DNA of 64,000 nucleotides from Fibrobacteria bacterium. GTDB taxonomy: Bacteria > Fibrobacterota > Fibrobacteria > UBA11236. A program made the translations under genes and the position numbers. Within the stretch, counting starts at the first letter, position 1. The number at the start of each line of letters is the position of its first letter. Of this stretch, positions 1 to 9,617 are shown piece by piece. The DNA lies in contig JANYDA010000032.1 of assembly GCA_025360005.1 (NCBI GenBank), positions 148,624 through 212,623 of the forward strand, read 5' to 3'. The notes beneath the pieces were generated by a model. That model was not told where the DNA came from. It saw nothing but the letters and a program-made list of their open reading frames with translations, and did not search any database.

Positions 1-138
1 CGTGGCCGTGTCCGCGAAGATGCGCGGGGCCTTGGGCGCGGGATGATGGAGCGGATTGCCGGCTTTGTCCGGATTGACTACGGGCATCAGGTTCTTGCGA
101 TCCAGCATCGCGGCGCTGGTGAAGGCGGGAGTGAACAT
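1..138 (-). CDS. hypothetical protein, 5' part only (gene runs off the left edge of the window)
   Basis: Minus-strand ATG (complement at 136-138) opens a frame reading MFTPAFTSAAMLDRKNLMPVVNPDK... with no stop before the window edge. No recognisable family. Confidence 0.3.
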   Translation of the reverse strand, partial: MFTPAFTSAAMLDRKNLMPVVNPDKAGNPLHHPAPKAPRIFADTAT

Positions 139-206
139 TGGCGTCTCCTTGGAGGTTTTCCGGTTTGGATTTCGGTTTCGGATTCTGGCTTGGTATGGAG
201 AAAATA

Positions 207-545
207 TCAATCCGGCACGGTGATGAGAACATAATCGTCGAAAACCTGCACGGGATAGGCCTCCAGGGAAGCCCGCACGCAGGGGCCGAAGTCGCAATAC
301 CCCGTATCCGGCTGATAGGCCGCCCCGTGGGTTTTGCAGAGGATGCGATCGGCCGCGGCGTAATAGAAATCATTGTCCCCCATATCCAATTGCACCGGCC
401 AATGGCAGCACTGGTTGAGATAGGAGAAAAACCGGACATGATGGCGGATGAGGAATCCCTGCGCCGTCCGGCCATTGCGGGGGAAGTCGAAGGTGCGGGT
501 TTCCCCGTGGACCATTGCGCCGCTCCCGTCGATGCGGATTTCCAT
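207..545 (-). CDS. Rieske [2Fe-2S] domain protein
   Basis: ORF 207..647(-). Rieske box 1 'CCHWPVQ' and box 2 'CKTHGAAY' ~20 aa apart, followed by the typical 'YPVQVFDDYVLI' tail. Start placed at the internal MEIRIDG Met (complement ATG at 543-545). Confidence 0.65.
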   Translation of the reverse strand: MEIRIDGSGAMVHGETRTFDFPRNGRTAQGFLIRHHVRFFSYLNQCCHWPVQLDMGDNDFYYAAADRILCKTHGAAYQPDTGYCDFGPCVRASLEAYPVQVFDDYVLITVPD

Positions 546-571
546 GCTCGGAATTTCCCTGGCCGCCCGGT

Positions 572-2119
572 TTATTTGTGGTGGAGCAATCCGAAATAGG
601 CGGAGAGGACCACCATTCCGGACCCTAGCAATGCGATGGCGGCCCATAGCCAGGCGGGCACCGCAGCAGCCTCTTCTTCAGTCGCGTCCCCCCCCGTCAT
701 CACCGATACCGTGGAAGGCTCGTCCCAGGACGCGCCGGGCGCGGCATTGGGCGAAACCTCGCCTTTGGGAAGCCCCGCAAAGGCGGGGCCCGCATGCGCG
801 AATCGCCTTTGCGCATGCGCCTCCTCTACGATTTTATCGCCTAGCCGGGCGAACGCGGAAAGCGTTTTTTCCCCTTCCTCCGGCTCCGATGCGGCTTCCC
901 TTTCACCCGCGGGGTTTTCCGGGGAGGCATTGCGCTCCAACACCCAGGTGTTGGCGGCGGCCGGCATGTCCCCGCGCAGAGGCGGCGCCGGTTCATCCCG
1001 ATGGAAAAGCAGATCCGGCGATGTAAAAGCCTCGTCGGGATTATGCACCGTCTGCATGTCGGTAGCGATCTCCAGGGCCGTGTGCGTCTCCGGTTCCGGA
1101 ATATCGTTCCCGGCGGGAGGCGGCATCGGGATTTCCGGAGGACGCGCTTGGAGCAGCGAGGTTTGCAGGGACAGCACCGCGTTCTTGAAGGCCTCCACCG
1201 TGCCGAACCGATCCAGCGGCCTGGTTGCCATCGACTTGAGGATGATCTCATCCGCTTCGATCCCGAAGATGCGGCTGAGCTCGCTCGGCAGGCGCAATTG
1301 CGCCCCCGGAGCCCGTCCCACCAGGATCTCGTACAGGACGGCGCCGATGGAATGGAAATCGCTGTGGGGCAGCAGGTTGCTCCAGTCCTGCTTCAATTCG
1401 GGAGCCATGTAGGGCAGATAGCGGCGGGCGTAGGAGTTGAACTCGAACTCCTGAGGACTCAGGAATCCCACCACGCCGAAGTCCGTGATGACGGGACCGT
1501 TGAGGGTGATGAAGACGTTCTCCGGCTTGACGCACCCGTAACATCCGCGTTCATGGATCACTTCGAAGGTATCCAACAGCGAACTGATGATGCCGAGCCC
1601 GGGCAGCACGCGGTTCTCGAAATTCAAGCGTTCCATCAACCACAGGCGGAGCGGAACCCCTCCCACCCATTCCATGGTGTAATAGGGAGCGCCTTCATGC
1701 CGGCCGCTGGAAAGGATCTTCCCGATTCCCTTATGATCATACTTGGCCACGGATTCCGCCAGGAACAGGAAGCTGTCCGCCATTCCCGCTTCGGCCGCCT
1801 TGCGGGCATGCATCACCTTGAGTACCACCTCCTGGTTGCCGGCCATGGAATCGCGACAGAGGTAGGAATTGCAAAGCGCGCCCAGCCCCAGGTATTTTTC
1901 CACCCGATAGCGATTGGCGAAGGTGTCCCCTGCTTGCGGCAAAGCCGACTTGGAGGATTTCACGATGGCGACGGGCGCCGCGGGAGCCGGTTGCGGCTTA
2001 TGGGCTGTGGGAACGGGGGCCGAGGCGGGAACCGGGACCGGCATCGGTTGCCGCGCGCCGCATGTGGGGCAGAACGAGACGTCTGAGGCAATCGAAGCAC
2101 CACATTCACGGCATTGCAT
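572..2119 (-). CDS. Ser/Thr protein kinase-like protein, predicted pseudokinase, with N-terminal zinc ribbon and C-terminal transmembrane anchor
   Basis: N-terminus MQCRECGASIASDVSFCPTCG (CxxC...CxxC), then a Pro/Ala-rich linker. Kinase fold retained: VVLKV lysine, DFG 'ITDFG' and APE 'YMAPE'. The catalytic loop reads YGCVKPEN instead of HRDLKPEN, so the catalytic Asp is missing. The Gly loop is degenerate (LGLGALC). C-terminal hydrophobic helix AVPAWLWAAIALLGSGMVVLSAYFGLL. Confidence 0.8.
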   Translation of the reverse strand: MQCRECGASIASDVSFCPTCGARQPMPVPVPASAPVPTAHKPQPAPAAPVAIVKSSKSALPQAGDTFANRYRVEKYLGLGALCNSYLCRDSMAGNQEVVLKVMHARKAAEAGMADSFLFLAESVAKYDHKGIGKILSSGRHEGAPYYTMEWVGGVPLRLWLMERLNFENRVLPGLGIISSLLDTFEVIHERGCYGCVKPENVFITLNGPVITDFGVVGFLSPQEFEFNSYARRYLPYMAPELKQDWSNLLPHSDFHSIGAVLYEILVGRAPGAQLRLPSELSRIFGIEADEIILKSMATRPLDRFGTVEAFKNAVLSLQTSLLQARPPEIPMPPPAGNDIPEPETHTALEIATDMQTVHNPDEAFTSPDLLFHRDEPAPPLRGDMPAAANTWVLERNASPENPAGEREAASEPEEGEKTLSAFARLGDKIVEEAHAQRRFAHAGPAFAGLPKGEVSPNAAPGASWDEPSTVSVMTGGDATEEEAAAVPAWLWAAIALLGSGMVVLSAYFGLLHHK

Positions 2120-2174
2120 GCATTGTCTCCCGGTAATCCATAAATGTAGCTAAAAAAGGATATAATTTATCCGC

Positions 2175-2891
2175 ATGCGTGTATTCCTCATCACCGGGTT
2201 CGCCTTGGACAAACGCGCCTTCGCGCTCATGGATCTGCCGTCGGAAACCTATCGGACCTTGGATCTGATCCCCATCCTTAAAGGTGAAAGCCTGCGCGAA
2301 TACGCCGCCAGGATGGCAAAGGAAATCGGCCTCGCCCCCGGCGATATCATCGGCGGGGTGTCCTTGGGCGGAATGTTGGCCTTGGAAATGTCCCGGCTGG
2401 TGGACGTGGCCGGTTTGATCCTGATCGCTTCCGCAACGCATCCCCGCCACATCCGCAAGCGCTTCAAGCTGTGGGCCCCGATCGCGGAATGGGTGCCCCG
2501 GTCCGTTATCCGGCGCATCTTCACCCTCATCCCGCGTATCCTCGCCTTGCAGAACATGCTGTCGCCGGAGGGCCAGGCCCTGCTCGCGGACATCATGGGC
2601 GGATTTCCGCCCAACCTGTTGCAGACATTTCCGATGATGATCCTGCGCTGGCCGGGATGCGATCCCGGCGTCCCCTATCGGCATATCCATGCGCAAGGCG
2701 ATTGGCTGATCCGGCCCTCCGGAGATCCCGCCGCCATGACCATCCTGCCGGGACGGAACCATTTGATCACGGTGTCCCACGCCAAGGTTGTGCGCGGACT
2801 GGTGATGGACGCGGTACAAGGATTTCAGAACGCGGCGAAATCCAATTCCGGAACCGTGTCCAGGAATCCTTCTTCGCCGGCCAGGCGGTAG
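2175..2891 (+). CDS. alpha/beta-fold hydrolase
   Basis: GxSxG nucleophile elbow 'GVSLGG'. Size and hydrophobic pattern fit an alpha/beta hydrolase. The 3' end overlaps the convergent gene by ~67 nt. Confidence 0.65.
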   Translation: MRVFLITGFALDKRAFALMDLPSETYRTLDLIPILKGESLREYAARMAKEIGLAPGDIIGGVSLGGMLALEMSRLVDVAGLILIASATHPRHIRKRFKLWAPIAEWVPRSVIRRIFTLIPRILALQNMLSPEGQALLADIMGGFPPNLLQTFPMMILRWPGCDPGVPYRHIHAQGDWLIRPSGDPAAMTILPGRNHLITVSHAKVVRGLVMDAVQGFQNAAKSNSGTVSRNPSSPARR

Positions 2892-3661
2892 AAGGTCTCC
2901 AGCGACTGCGCGTGCTTGGCCGTGAAGCCGTAGTCCGCGGTAGCGTAGAATCCCAGCATCAGGCCGCGGGGCAACCCGGAAGGATAGCTGGCCGTCCAGG
3001 CATCCAGGGCTCCGCCGGCATCGGCCCTGAACGCCGCCAAGGAAGCCAGCAACAGGCCGTGGAAGCGGGCCGCCGGGGCGGCTTTCTCCCGTAACGCCTC
3101 CCGCCTCACCATCCATAGCCCGAAGGAGAACGGAAGCGATTGCCACCTGGCCCATACATCCGCGAGATCATACCGATGCCGCCACTTTCCCGACAGGGAT
3201 TCCAACAACGCGCGATCGCCGATGAACACGCGGCCCGCGGCATTGGCAACCGCCGCCTCCCCCGTACCCGGCAGGATACGCGGCTTGACGCCGAAACGGC
3301 GGGCGCAGAGGATGCGGAACAAAACATTGGAGGTGGCGGAATCGGAAGAAAGCCCCACGGCCGCGCCGTCGAGGCTTTCCCAAGGCGTCTGGGAGAGGAA
3401 GAGCACCGATTTCATTTCCATGGTGCTGGAGGTGGAAATGCCGGGGAAAAGGCGGTAGTCACGAAAGTGCAGGCCGTATTCGAAACTGGAAGACGGCGCG
3501 CAATCGACACGGCCGGCCTGGAGTTCCCCATTGAGGAAACTGGGCACGCCGTCCACGAAACGGATACCGGGGGCCCCGCCCAAGGTGGAATGGAAGAACG
3601 GCGCGCAGACCAGAAAGGGCAGGCGGCCTACGATCAAAGGGTTGGCTTCGGAGGGATCCAT
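2825..3661 (-). CDS. menaquinone (futalosine-pathway) biosynthesis protein, MqnA/MqnD family
   Basis: N-terminus 'PLIVGRLPFLVCAPFFH' resembles the MqnA 'lriGrisYlNtlPlf' start. About 278 aa with the periplasmic-binding-protein-like pattern of the DUF178/VitK2 family. Family assigned from memory, not by search. Confidence 0.5.
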   Translation of the reverse strand: MDPSEANPLIVGRLPFLVCAPFFHSTLGGAPGIRFVDGVPSFLNGELQAGRVDCAPSSSFEYGLHFRDYRLFPGISTSSTMEMKSVLFLSQTPWESLDGAAVGLSSDSATSNVLFRILCARRFGVKPRILPGTGEAAVANAAGRVFIGDRALLESLSGKWRHRYDLADVWARWQSLPFSFGLWMVRREALREKAAPAARFHGLLLASLAAFRADAGGALDAWTASYPSGLPRGLMLGFYATADYGFTAKHAQSLETFYRLAGEEGFLDTVPELDFAAF

Positions 3662-3715
3662 GCTTTTAATTTAGCAAGTCGCGTTTGGGCTCAGTCATAG
3701 GCCCGGAAATGAAAA

Positions 3716-3744
3716 GAGACGGCCCGCCGGGCCGCCTCTTTTTT
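3716..3744. terminator. bidirectional intrinsic terminator downstream of hup
   Basis: GC-rich inverted repeat GAGACGGCCCG/CGGGCCGCCTC followed by TTTTTT on the plus strand and preceded by GAAAAGAG. The latter gives a T-run on the minus strand just after the hup stop. Confidence 0.4.
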
Positions 3745-3785
3745 GCCGGAGCGGGCCGGGAGGCCCAACCTTGGCTTTAAGGAGA

Positions 3786-4082
3786 TTACTTCGACTTCGC
3801 CTTCTTGGCAGTTTCCTTCAGGGCCACGCCGGCCTTGAATCCCACGGTCTTGGAAGCCTTGATCTTGATCTCGGCGCCGGTGGAAGGATTGCGGCCCTTG
3901 CGGGCGGCACGGGTCTTGACGGAGAAAGTGCCGAAGCCGATCAACTGCACGACCGCGTCTTTCTTGATTCCGGTTTCGATGGCGCCCAGCACGGCGTTGA
4001 CGGCCCGTTCGGCGGCAGCCTTGGTCTCGATGCCGCTCTTGTTGTCTTCCAGCACAGCCTGTACCAGTTCTTGCTTGTTCAT
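3786..4082 (-). CDS. hup: DNA-binding protein HU
   Basis: 98 aa. MNKQELV...GFGTF...R.GRNP.TG HU/IHF signature, plus a Lys/Ala-rich C-terminal tail. Confidence 0.9.
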   Translation of the reverse strand: MNKQELVQAVLEDNKSGIETKAAAERAVNAVLGAIETGIKKDAVVQLIGFGTFSVKTRAARKGRNPSTGAEIKIKASKTVGFKAGVALKETAKKAKSK

Positions 4083-4100
4083 GCGCTTTCCTTTCGATGG

Positions 4101-4155
4101 TTGGATCTCGAGATCGGATTTCCGATCTCACGGATCGGGAATCCGATCTCGGTCC
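4101..4155 (-). promoter_or_regulatory. GATC-rich nested inverted-repeat element in the hup 5' leader
   Basis: Five GATC sites in ~50 bp. Perfect 12-bp palindrome GATCTCGAGATC (4104-4115). Alternating GATCGG/CCGATC half-sites separated by 4-nt spacers (GAGATCGG-ATTT-CCGATCTC-ACG-GATCGG-GAAT-CCGATC). Lies between a TATATAAT -10-like box (minus strand, ~4160-4170) and the hup ATG. Confidence 0.4.
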
Positions 4156-4486
4156 AATTATATACCTCAAAACCCAATGAAAAGAAAGCTCTAAATGAAA
4201 TATCTCACGCGGCGACGCTCTGCAAGCCTAGGGAATGCGGGCCTGCGGAGCCGCGCCCCTGCAACATCGGCGGGACGGGGCTTGCAGGGAACGGTAGCCG
4301 GCACCCCTATGGATATTGGGCCGGAAGCTCTCCCGATAGGGACGCTTAACACATTGAATTGCATGGGATTAATTCTCCCCGAAGCGACCGTCCGCAACCC
4401 GCGCGCAGCCGAATCCGGAAACCGGGGTAACCGGCATGTTTCGCATGAGCCCATTGGTGCGACGATTGGAATCATAACCCGGAGAA

Positions 4487-6562
4487 TCAATGACTTAGCA
4501 AGGCCAGGGCTTCCGCCGCCGTATGCACGGGCAAGGCGCAGGTGCGATTGCGGCAAACGTAGATGGAAGTGCGCTCGGCGGAAAAACGGTTTTCCAGCAA
4601 GGGCAAATCGCTGGGGGAGGCGGAACCGGCCAGCAGGGTGTTCGGCAGATAATGAGCCGCGATCCGCCGGCGTATCGCTTCCGTTTCCGGGCCGGTTATC
4701 ACCACTTCATGGAAAGGAGCGGCCAGATTCAGCGCCAGCATACCCCAGTTGGAATAGCCGGATGCATAAGCGGGCATTTCCTCTTTGACCTGGTTCAGCA
4801 TGGCCGCCGCCATGTCCAGCCAATCTTGGTTGCCATAGCAGGAGCCCACCGTGAATAGCGCCTTGGCCAGGGAGGAATTGGAAGCCGGGGTCACGTTGTC
4901 CATGATTTCCAGCTTGCGCGCCACCAGCGGCTTGTCCAGATCGGAAGTGAAGTAGAAGAGTCCCGATACGGGATCCCGGAAATGCGCGATGGCATACTCG
5001 ATCAAATCGCGCGCCGCCACGAGCCATCCTTCCTGGAAGGTGGCCTGGTAAAGCGCCGCCAAGGCTTCCGCCATGCAGGCATAGTCTTCCAGGAATCCGT
5101 TGATGGAAAAGCGACCACTTGAGTCGCCGCGACCGCTCCGGTCGCCGCCACCGCTTTGGCCTCCGCCGCTATGACCAGCCTTGTAAGTCCGGTACAATCC
5201 GCCGTCGGCGCGGCGGCCTTTTTCCAAAAGGAAGGAAAGGTTCCTAATGGCCGCATCCAAATAGGCCGCATCCCCCAGGGCCTGATAGGCGGCCACATAG
5301 CCTTTGGCCATCAAGGCGTTCCAAGAGGTCAGGGTCTTATCATCCAGCCCCGGACGAACGCGCTTTTCCCGGATGGGCATGAGCACGGCTTTGGCCTCAT
5401 CCAACCGCTTGCGCAGCTCCGCTTCATCCATCCCGTTGCCGGCGGCAAGCTCGCCATCCGTGCGCTTGCGGAGCGGGATATAATTGCCGTCTTCCCAATA
5501 GCCCGTGGAATTGATGTTGTAGACGTCGCGGAACAGCGGGAAGCCTTCGCCCAATGCGGCGTCCAATTCTTCCTTGCCCCAGACGTAGTATTTGCCTTCT
5601 TCGCCTTCGCTGTCCGCATCCAAAGCGGAGTAGAATACGCCTTCCGGCGAAGTCAGTTCCCGGGCCGCGAAGGCGGCGGTCTCACGCGCGATGCGGGCAT
5701 ACAGGGGATCGCCCGTGGCCCGGTAGGCCTCCGCGTACAGCTCCAGCAATTGGCCGTTGTCGTACAGCATCTTTTCGAAATGGGGCACTTTCCAAAGGCT
5801 ATCCGTGGAATAACGCGCGAAGCCTCCGCCCAATTGATCATAGATGCCGCCGAAGGCCATCTTATCCAGCGTCAGCTTCACGTGCGCGAGGGCGGATGCG
5901 TCGCCGGAGGCTTTCCAATAACGGAGCATGAATTGGTAATTGTTGGGCAAGGGGAATTTCGGCGCCCGGTTCATGCCGCCTTCCACGCGATCGAAATGGT
6001 CTTGCCAGGGTTTGTAGATCCCTTCCAGTTCCGCCATGGTGAAGGGGGCCGCGCCCGGCGCCGCTTCCACCCATTCGCTTTGGCGCACGCCGCGCGTCAA
6101 TTGTTCCGCGTAGCGAAGCACCTTCTCCGGTTCCTTGGCATGCAGGTCCGCCAGGCTGCGCAACACTTCCCGCCATTGCTGGGGACGATAATAGGTTCCG
6201 CCGTAGACGGGCCTGCCGTCCGGCAATGCGAAGCAGTTGAGGGGCCAGCCTCCCTGCCCGCTGATGAGCTGCACCGCGTTCATATAGACTTGATCCACGT
6301 CCGGGCGTTCTTCGCGATCCACCTTGATGCAGACGAACGATTCGTTCATGAGCGCGGCGGTGGCTTCGCTTTCAAAGGACTCGCGCTCCATCACATGGCA
6401 CCAATGGCAGGCGGAGTATCCGATGCTGATCAGCAGCAGTTTGTTTTCGCGCTTGGCGCGCTCCAACGCCTCGTCGCCCCAGGCGTACCAGTCCACGGGA
6501 TTGTGGGCGTGTTGCAGCAAATATGGACTGGTTTCCTGGATCAAACGATTGGCCGTGGTCAT
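4487..6562 (-). CDS. thioredoxin domain-containing protein (DUF255/YyaL family, N-acylglucosamine-epimerase-like C-domain)
   Basis: N-terminus [25 protein letters not shown] followed by '[13 protein letters not shown]' is characteristic of the DUF255 thioredoxin-like family. 691 aa. Confidence 0.9.
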   Translation of the reverse strand: MTTANRLIQETSPYLLQHAHNPVDWYAWGDEALERAKRENKLLLISIGYSACHWCHVMERESFESEATAALMNESFVCIKVDREERPDVDQVYMNAVQLISGQGGWPLNCFALPDGRPVYGGTYYRPQQWREVLRSLADLHAKEPEKVLRYAEQLTRGVRQSEWVEAAPGAAPFTMAELEGIYKPWQDHFDRVEGGMNRAPKFPLPNNYQFMLRYWKASGDASALAHVKLTLDKMAFGGIYDQLGGGFARYSTDSLWKVPHFEKMLYDNGQLLELYAEAYRATGDPLYARIARETAAFAARELTSPEGVFYSALDADSEGEEGKYYVWGKEELDAALGEGFPLFRDVYNINSTGYWEDGNYIPLRKRTDGELAAGNGMDEAELRKRLDEAKAVLMPIREKRVRPGLDDKTLTSWNALMAKGYVAAYQALGDAAYLDAAIRNLSFLLEKGRRADGGLYRTYKAGHSGGGQSGGGDRSGRGDSSGRFSINGFLEDYACMAEALAALYQATFQEGWLVAARDLIEYAIAHFRDPVSGLFYFTSDLDKPLVARKLEIMDNVTPASNSSLAKALFTVGSCYGNQDWLDMAAAMLNQVKEEMPAYASGYSNWGMLALNLAAPFHEVVITGPETEAIRRRIAAHYLPNTLLAGSASPSDLPLLENRFSAERTSIYVCRNRTCALPVHTAAEALALLSH

Positions 6563-6629
6563 GTGGGGAGAAGGTAAAATGAAAAGGGATAAACGAAAAA
6601 GAAAAAAAACGGGAATGCCGGGAACCGGA

Positions 6630-9491
6630 CTAGGAACAGCCGCTGGTGCCGCCGCAATTGTCGCAGCGGAAGCAGGAGCCCGCCGGCGCCATCAGGGAAC
6701 CGCAATCCGGGCAAGGAGGGGAATCCATATCCATGCGAGCGGGTGCGAGAGCGGACGAGGGAATTTTTTCCGGCGGCATTCCCTCTCCCGGCGCGATCGA
6801 GGGCCCATGAGCAGCCCCCGGCGCCATCGTCTGCGCGCGTCCCGCCGAAAAGACGGCATCCTCGCCTTCGCCTATGGCGGCCTGGACTTCTTCCGCCGGC
6901 AGGAACTTCAAAGCCAGCCAGCGGAAAATATAGTCGGTGATGGATTTGGCGATGCGGATGCGGGGATTGGTGGTGAAGCCGGAAGGCTCGTAGCGGCTGT
7001 GGCTGAACTTGTCGATGAGTACCTTCAAGGGCACGCCGTATTGCAGGGCCAGCGACACCGCGGTGGCGAAGCCGTCCAGCAAACCTGAGACCACGGAGCC
7101 TTCCTTGGACATTACCACGAACAACTCGCCCGGGCTCCCGTCCGGGTACTTGCCCACGGTGAGGTAACCCTCGTGGCCGGCGATGCTGAATTTATGGGTG
7201 ATGGCCTCGCGTTCGTCCGGCAGGCGGCGGCGCGCGGGCTTGATCTCCGGCCCCGCGGAAAAGGCGGAAAGCGGTTGCGTGCGTTTGGATCCGTCGCGAT
7301 AGACGGCCACGGATTTCAATCCCAGCTCCCAAGCCTCCATGAACAAGGCGCGGATGGTTTCCACGCCGGCGTCCTGGGGCAGGTTGACGGTTTTGGAGAT
7401 GGCGCCGGAAAGGAACGGTTGCACGGCCGCCATCATGAGCAGGTGGCCCTGGGGGCGGATGGAGCGGCCGCCTCCCTTCGGCGTGATCGCGCAATCGAAG
7501 ACGGCCAGGTGTGCCTCGCGCAGCAGGGGTGCGCCTTCCAGGGATCCGTTGCGTTCCAGGTAGGCGATCAGTTCCGACACCTCGTTCCCCGCATAGCCCA
7601 GGCCGCGCAAGGCTTCCGGCACCGATCGGTTCACTATCTTCATGGTCCCGCCGCCAACCAGGCGTTTGTACTTGATAAGGGCCAGATCCGGTTCCACACC
7701 GGTGGTATCGCAATCCATCATGAAGGCGATGGTCCCCGTGGGCGCCAACACGGTAACCTGGGAATTACGGTAACCGCGGGATTTCCCAAGGGCGATCGCC
7801 TCGTCCCAATCCTTGCCCGCTGCTTCGCCCAACTCCCGGGGCACGCCGGCGGTTTCCAGAGCGCGCGCGGCGGCGGCATGCGTTTCCATCACGCGCAGCA
7901 TGGCGGCGCGATTGGGCGCAAAGCCCGCGAAAGGCCCCATGGCGGCCGCCATGCGCGCGGACATGGCGTTGGCCCGCCCGTGCATGAGCGCGGTGACGGC
8001 GGCGGCGAAGTTGCGCCCTTCCCCGCTGTCATAAGGCTGGCCCCGCGACATCAGCAAGGCGCCCAGGTTGGCGTAGCCCAGGCCCAAGGGCCGAAAAGCC
8101 CGGGAGTTGCGATCGATGGCGGGCGTGGGATAGCCGGCCTCGTCGACCAGGATCTCCTGGGCCAGCAGGGTTATGTCCACGGTATGCCGGAAAGCGGGCA
8201 CGTCGAAGGACCCGTCGTCGCGGCGGAAACGCATCAGGTTCAGGGAGGCCAGATTGCAGGCGGAGTCGTCCAGGAACATGTATTCCGAACAGGGATTGCT
8301 CGCGTTGATGCGGCCGCTTTCCGGGCAAGTATGCCAACGGTTGATGGCGGTGTCGAATTGCAATCCCGGATCCCCGCAGCTCCAGGCGGCCTCGGCCATT
8401 TCCCTGAGCAGGCCGTCCGCCTTATACGCGCCCATGGGGCTGCCGTCAACGCGGCCGTGCACGCTCCAGTCTCCGCCGTCCCTGGCCGCGCGCATGAATG
8501 CGTCGTTAACGCGCACGGAGTGGTTTGCGTTCTGGAATTGCACGGAGTCGTAGGCTCCGCCCGCTTCGTTGAAACCGCCCGGGTAGCCGGCGTCGATCAA
8601 GGCCCGGGCCTTGGCTTCTTCCGCCGCTTTGCACCGGATGAACGCCAGGATGTCCGGATGATCCGCGTCCAGGATCACCATCTTGGCGGCCCGGCGCGTC
8701 TTGCCGCCGGATTTGATCACGCCCGCGAAACTGTCGAAGCCGCGCATGAAGGAAACCGGACCGGAGGCGGTGCCTCCCCCGGACAGGCCCTCCCGGCTGG
8801 ATCGCAAGCGCGAGAAATTGGTACCCGTGCCGGATCCGAACTTGAAAAGACGGCCTTCGGTGCGCACCAGCTCCAGGATGCTGTCCATATCGTCATCCAC
8901 GCCGTTGATGAAGCAGGCGGAGCATTGCGGCCTGGCCTCTACGCCCACATTGAACCAGACGGGGGAATTGAAGGCCATCTTCTGATGCAGCAGGATATGG
9001 GTAAGCTCTTGCCGGAAAGCGGCCGCGGAATCCGGCGAGGAAAAATAGCCGCGCTTTCCCCCCCAGGCGGAAATGGTTTCCGCCACGCGGGAGATCAATT
9101 GGCGCAAGGAGGTTTCCCGCTTGCCTCCGCTGCCGTGGAAATATTTTGAGGCGACGATTTGCGAGGCCGATGGCGACCAGGACGCGGGAAACTCCACGCC
9201 GCGCTGTTCAAAAATGATCTTGCCGTTCTCATCGGCTATGACGGCGTCGCGGATCTCCCATTCCACGCAGGCGAACGGATGTTGGCCGGCATGGCTGAAA
9301 AAATACGGGATATCCAGACCGGAGCGGGGATAGGCGCCGCCGGAGGCGTGTCCAGCCTCGCCCGGGGTACCAGGAAGGTTACCCTGGCCATGTCCGTCTT
9401 TCGCTTCCTCGGCCATTTCTGTCGCCTTATCAGCTTGTCGGCGCATCAGCTTATCGCTTGCGCCCGCTTCCTCCGCACCGCGGGGAAGCAT
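6630..9491 (-). CDS. nrdJ: adenosylcobalamin-dependent (class II) ribonucleoside-diphosphate reductase with C-terminal zinc ribbon
   Basis: Class II RNR hallmarks: '[21 protein letters not shown]' active-site cysteine region and '[14 protein letters not shown]'. C-terminus CPDCGS...CFRCDNCG. The true start may be the downstream Met (MAEEAKDG, ~9416). Confidence 0.9.
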   Translation of the reverse strand: MLPRGAEEAGASDKLMRRQADKATEMAEEAKDGHGQGNLPGTPGEAGHASGGAYPRSGLDIPYFFSHAGQHPFACVEWEIRDAVIADENGKIIFEQRGVEFPASWSPSASQIVASKYFHGSGGKRETSLRQLISRVAETISAWGGKRGYFSSPDSAAAFRQELTHILLHQKMAFNSPVWFNVGVEARPQCSACFINGVDDDMDSILELVRTEGRLFKFGSGTGTNFSRLRSSREGLSGGGTASGPVSFMRGFDSFAGVIKSGGKTRRAAKMVILDADHPDILAFIRCKAAEEAKARALIDAGYPGGFNEAGGAYDSVQFQNANHSVRVNDAFMRAARDGGDWSVHGRVDGSPMGAYKADGLLREMAEAAWSCGDPGLQFDTAINRWHTCPESGRINASNPCSEYMFLDDSACNLASLNLMRFRRDDGSFDVPAFRHTVDITLLAQEILVDEAGYPTPAIDRNSRAFRPLGLGYANLGALLMSRGQPYDSGEGRNFAAAVTALMHGRANAMSARMAAAMGPFAGFAPNRAAMLRVMETHAAAARALETAGVPRELGEAAGKDWDEAIALGKSRGYRNSQVTVLAPTGTIAFMMDCDTTGVEPDLALIKYKRLVGGGTMKIVNRSVPEALRGLGYAGNEVSELIAYLERNGSLEGAPLLREAHLAVFDCAITPKGGGRSIRPQGHLLMMAAVQPFLSGAISKTVNLPQDAGVETIRALFMEAWELGLKSVAVYRDGSKRTQPLSAFSAGPEIKPARRRLPDEREAITHKFSIAGHEGYLTVGKYPDGSPGELFVVMSKEGSVVSGLLDGFATAVSLALQYGVPLKVLIDKFSHSRYEPSGFTTNPRIRIAKSITDYIFRWLALKFLPAEEVQAAIGEGEDAVFSAGRAQTMAPGAAHGPSIAPGEGMPPEKIPSSALAPARMDMDSPPCPDCGSLMAPAGSCFRCDNCGGTSGCS

Positions 9492-9537
9492 CCGTTTCTG
9501 AAAATATCACGAAACAGGCCGGGACGCAACAAATTTA

Positions 9538-9551
9538 GGGCCGCGGGGCCC
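9538..9551 (-). terminator. possible terminator hairpin after the secreted-protein gene
   Basis: Palindrome GGGCCGCGGGGCCC followed on the minus strand by TAAATTTGTTG. A second hairpin CCGGAGCGG-AAAG-CCTCCGG lies at 9592-9611. Confidence 0.3.
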
Positions 9552-9617
9552 TTGCGCCCGCCGTATCGGAGGCGTTAACGCTGTTTTGGGTCCGGAGCGG
9601 AAAGCCTCCGGCCGGGT

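Noticed and set aside
138-599. 153-aa plus-strand ORF at the left edge
   Set aside because: The opposite strand encodes clear Rieske motifs (CxH...CxxH). The plus-strand translation is featureless.
7173-9149. 658-aa plus-strand ORF, and 5156..6577(+) 473 aa
   Set aside because: Antisense to nrdJ and to the DUF255 thioredoxin-domain gene respectively, both of which have unambiguous family signatures.
9417-9617. Cobalamin riboswitch upstream of nrdJ
   Set aside because: No B12-box or GCCACTG-like conserved core could be found by eye, and the available space is short. Recorded as absent pending an Rfam scan.
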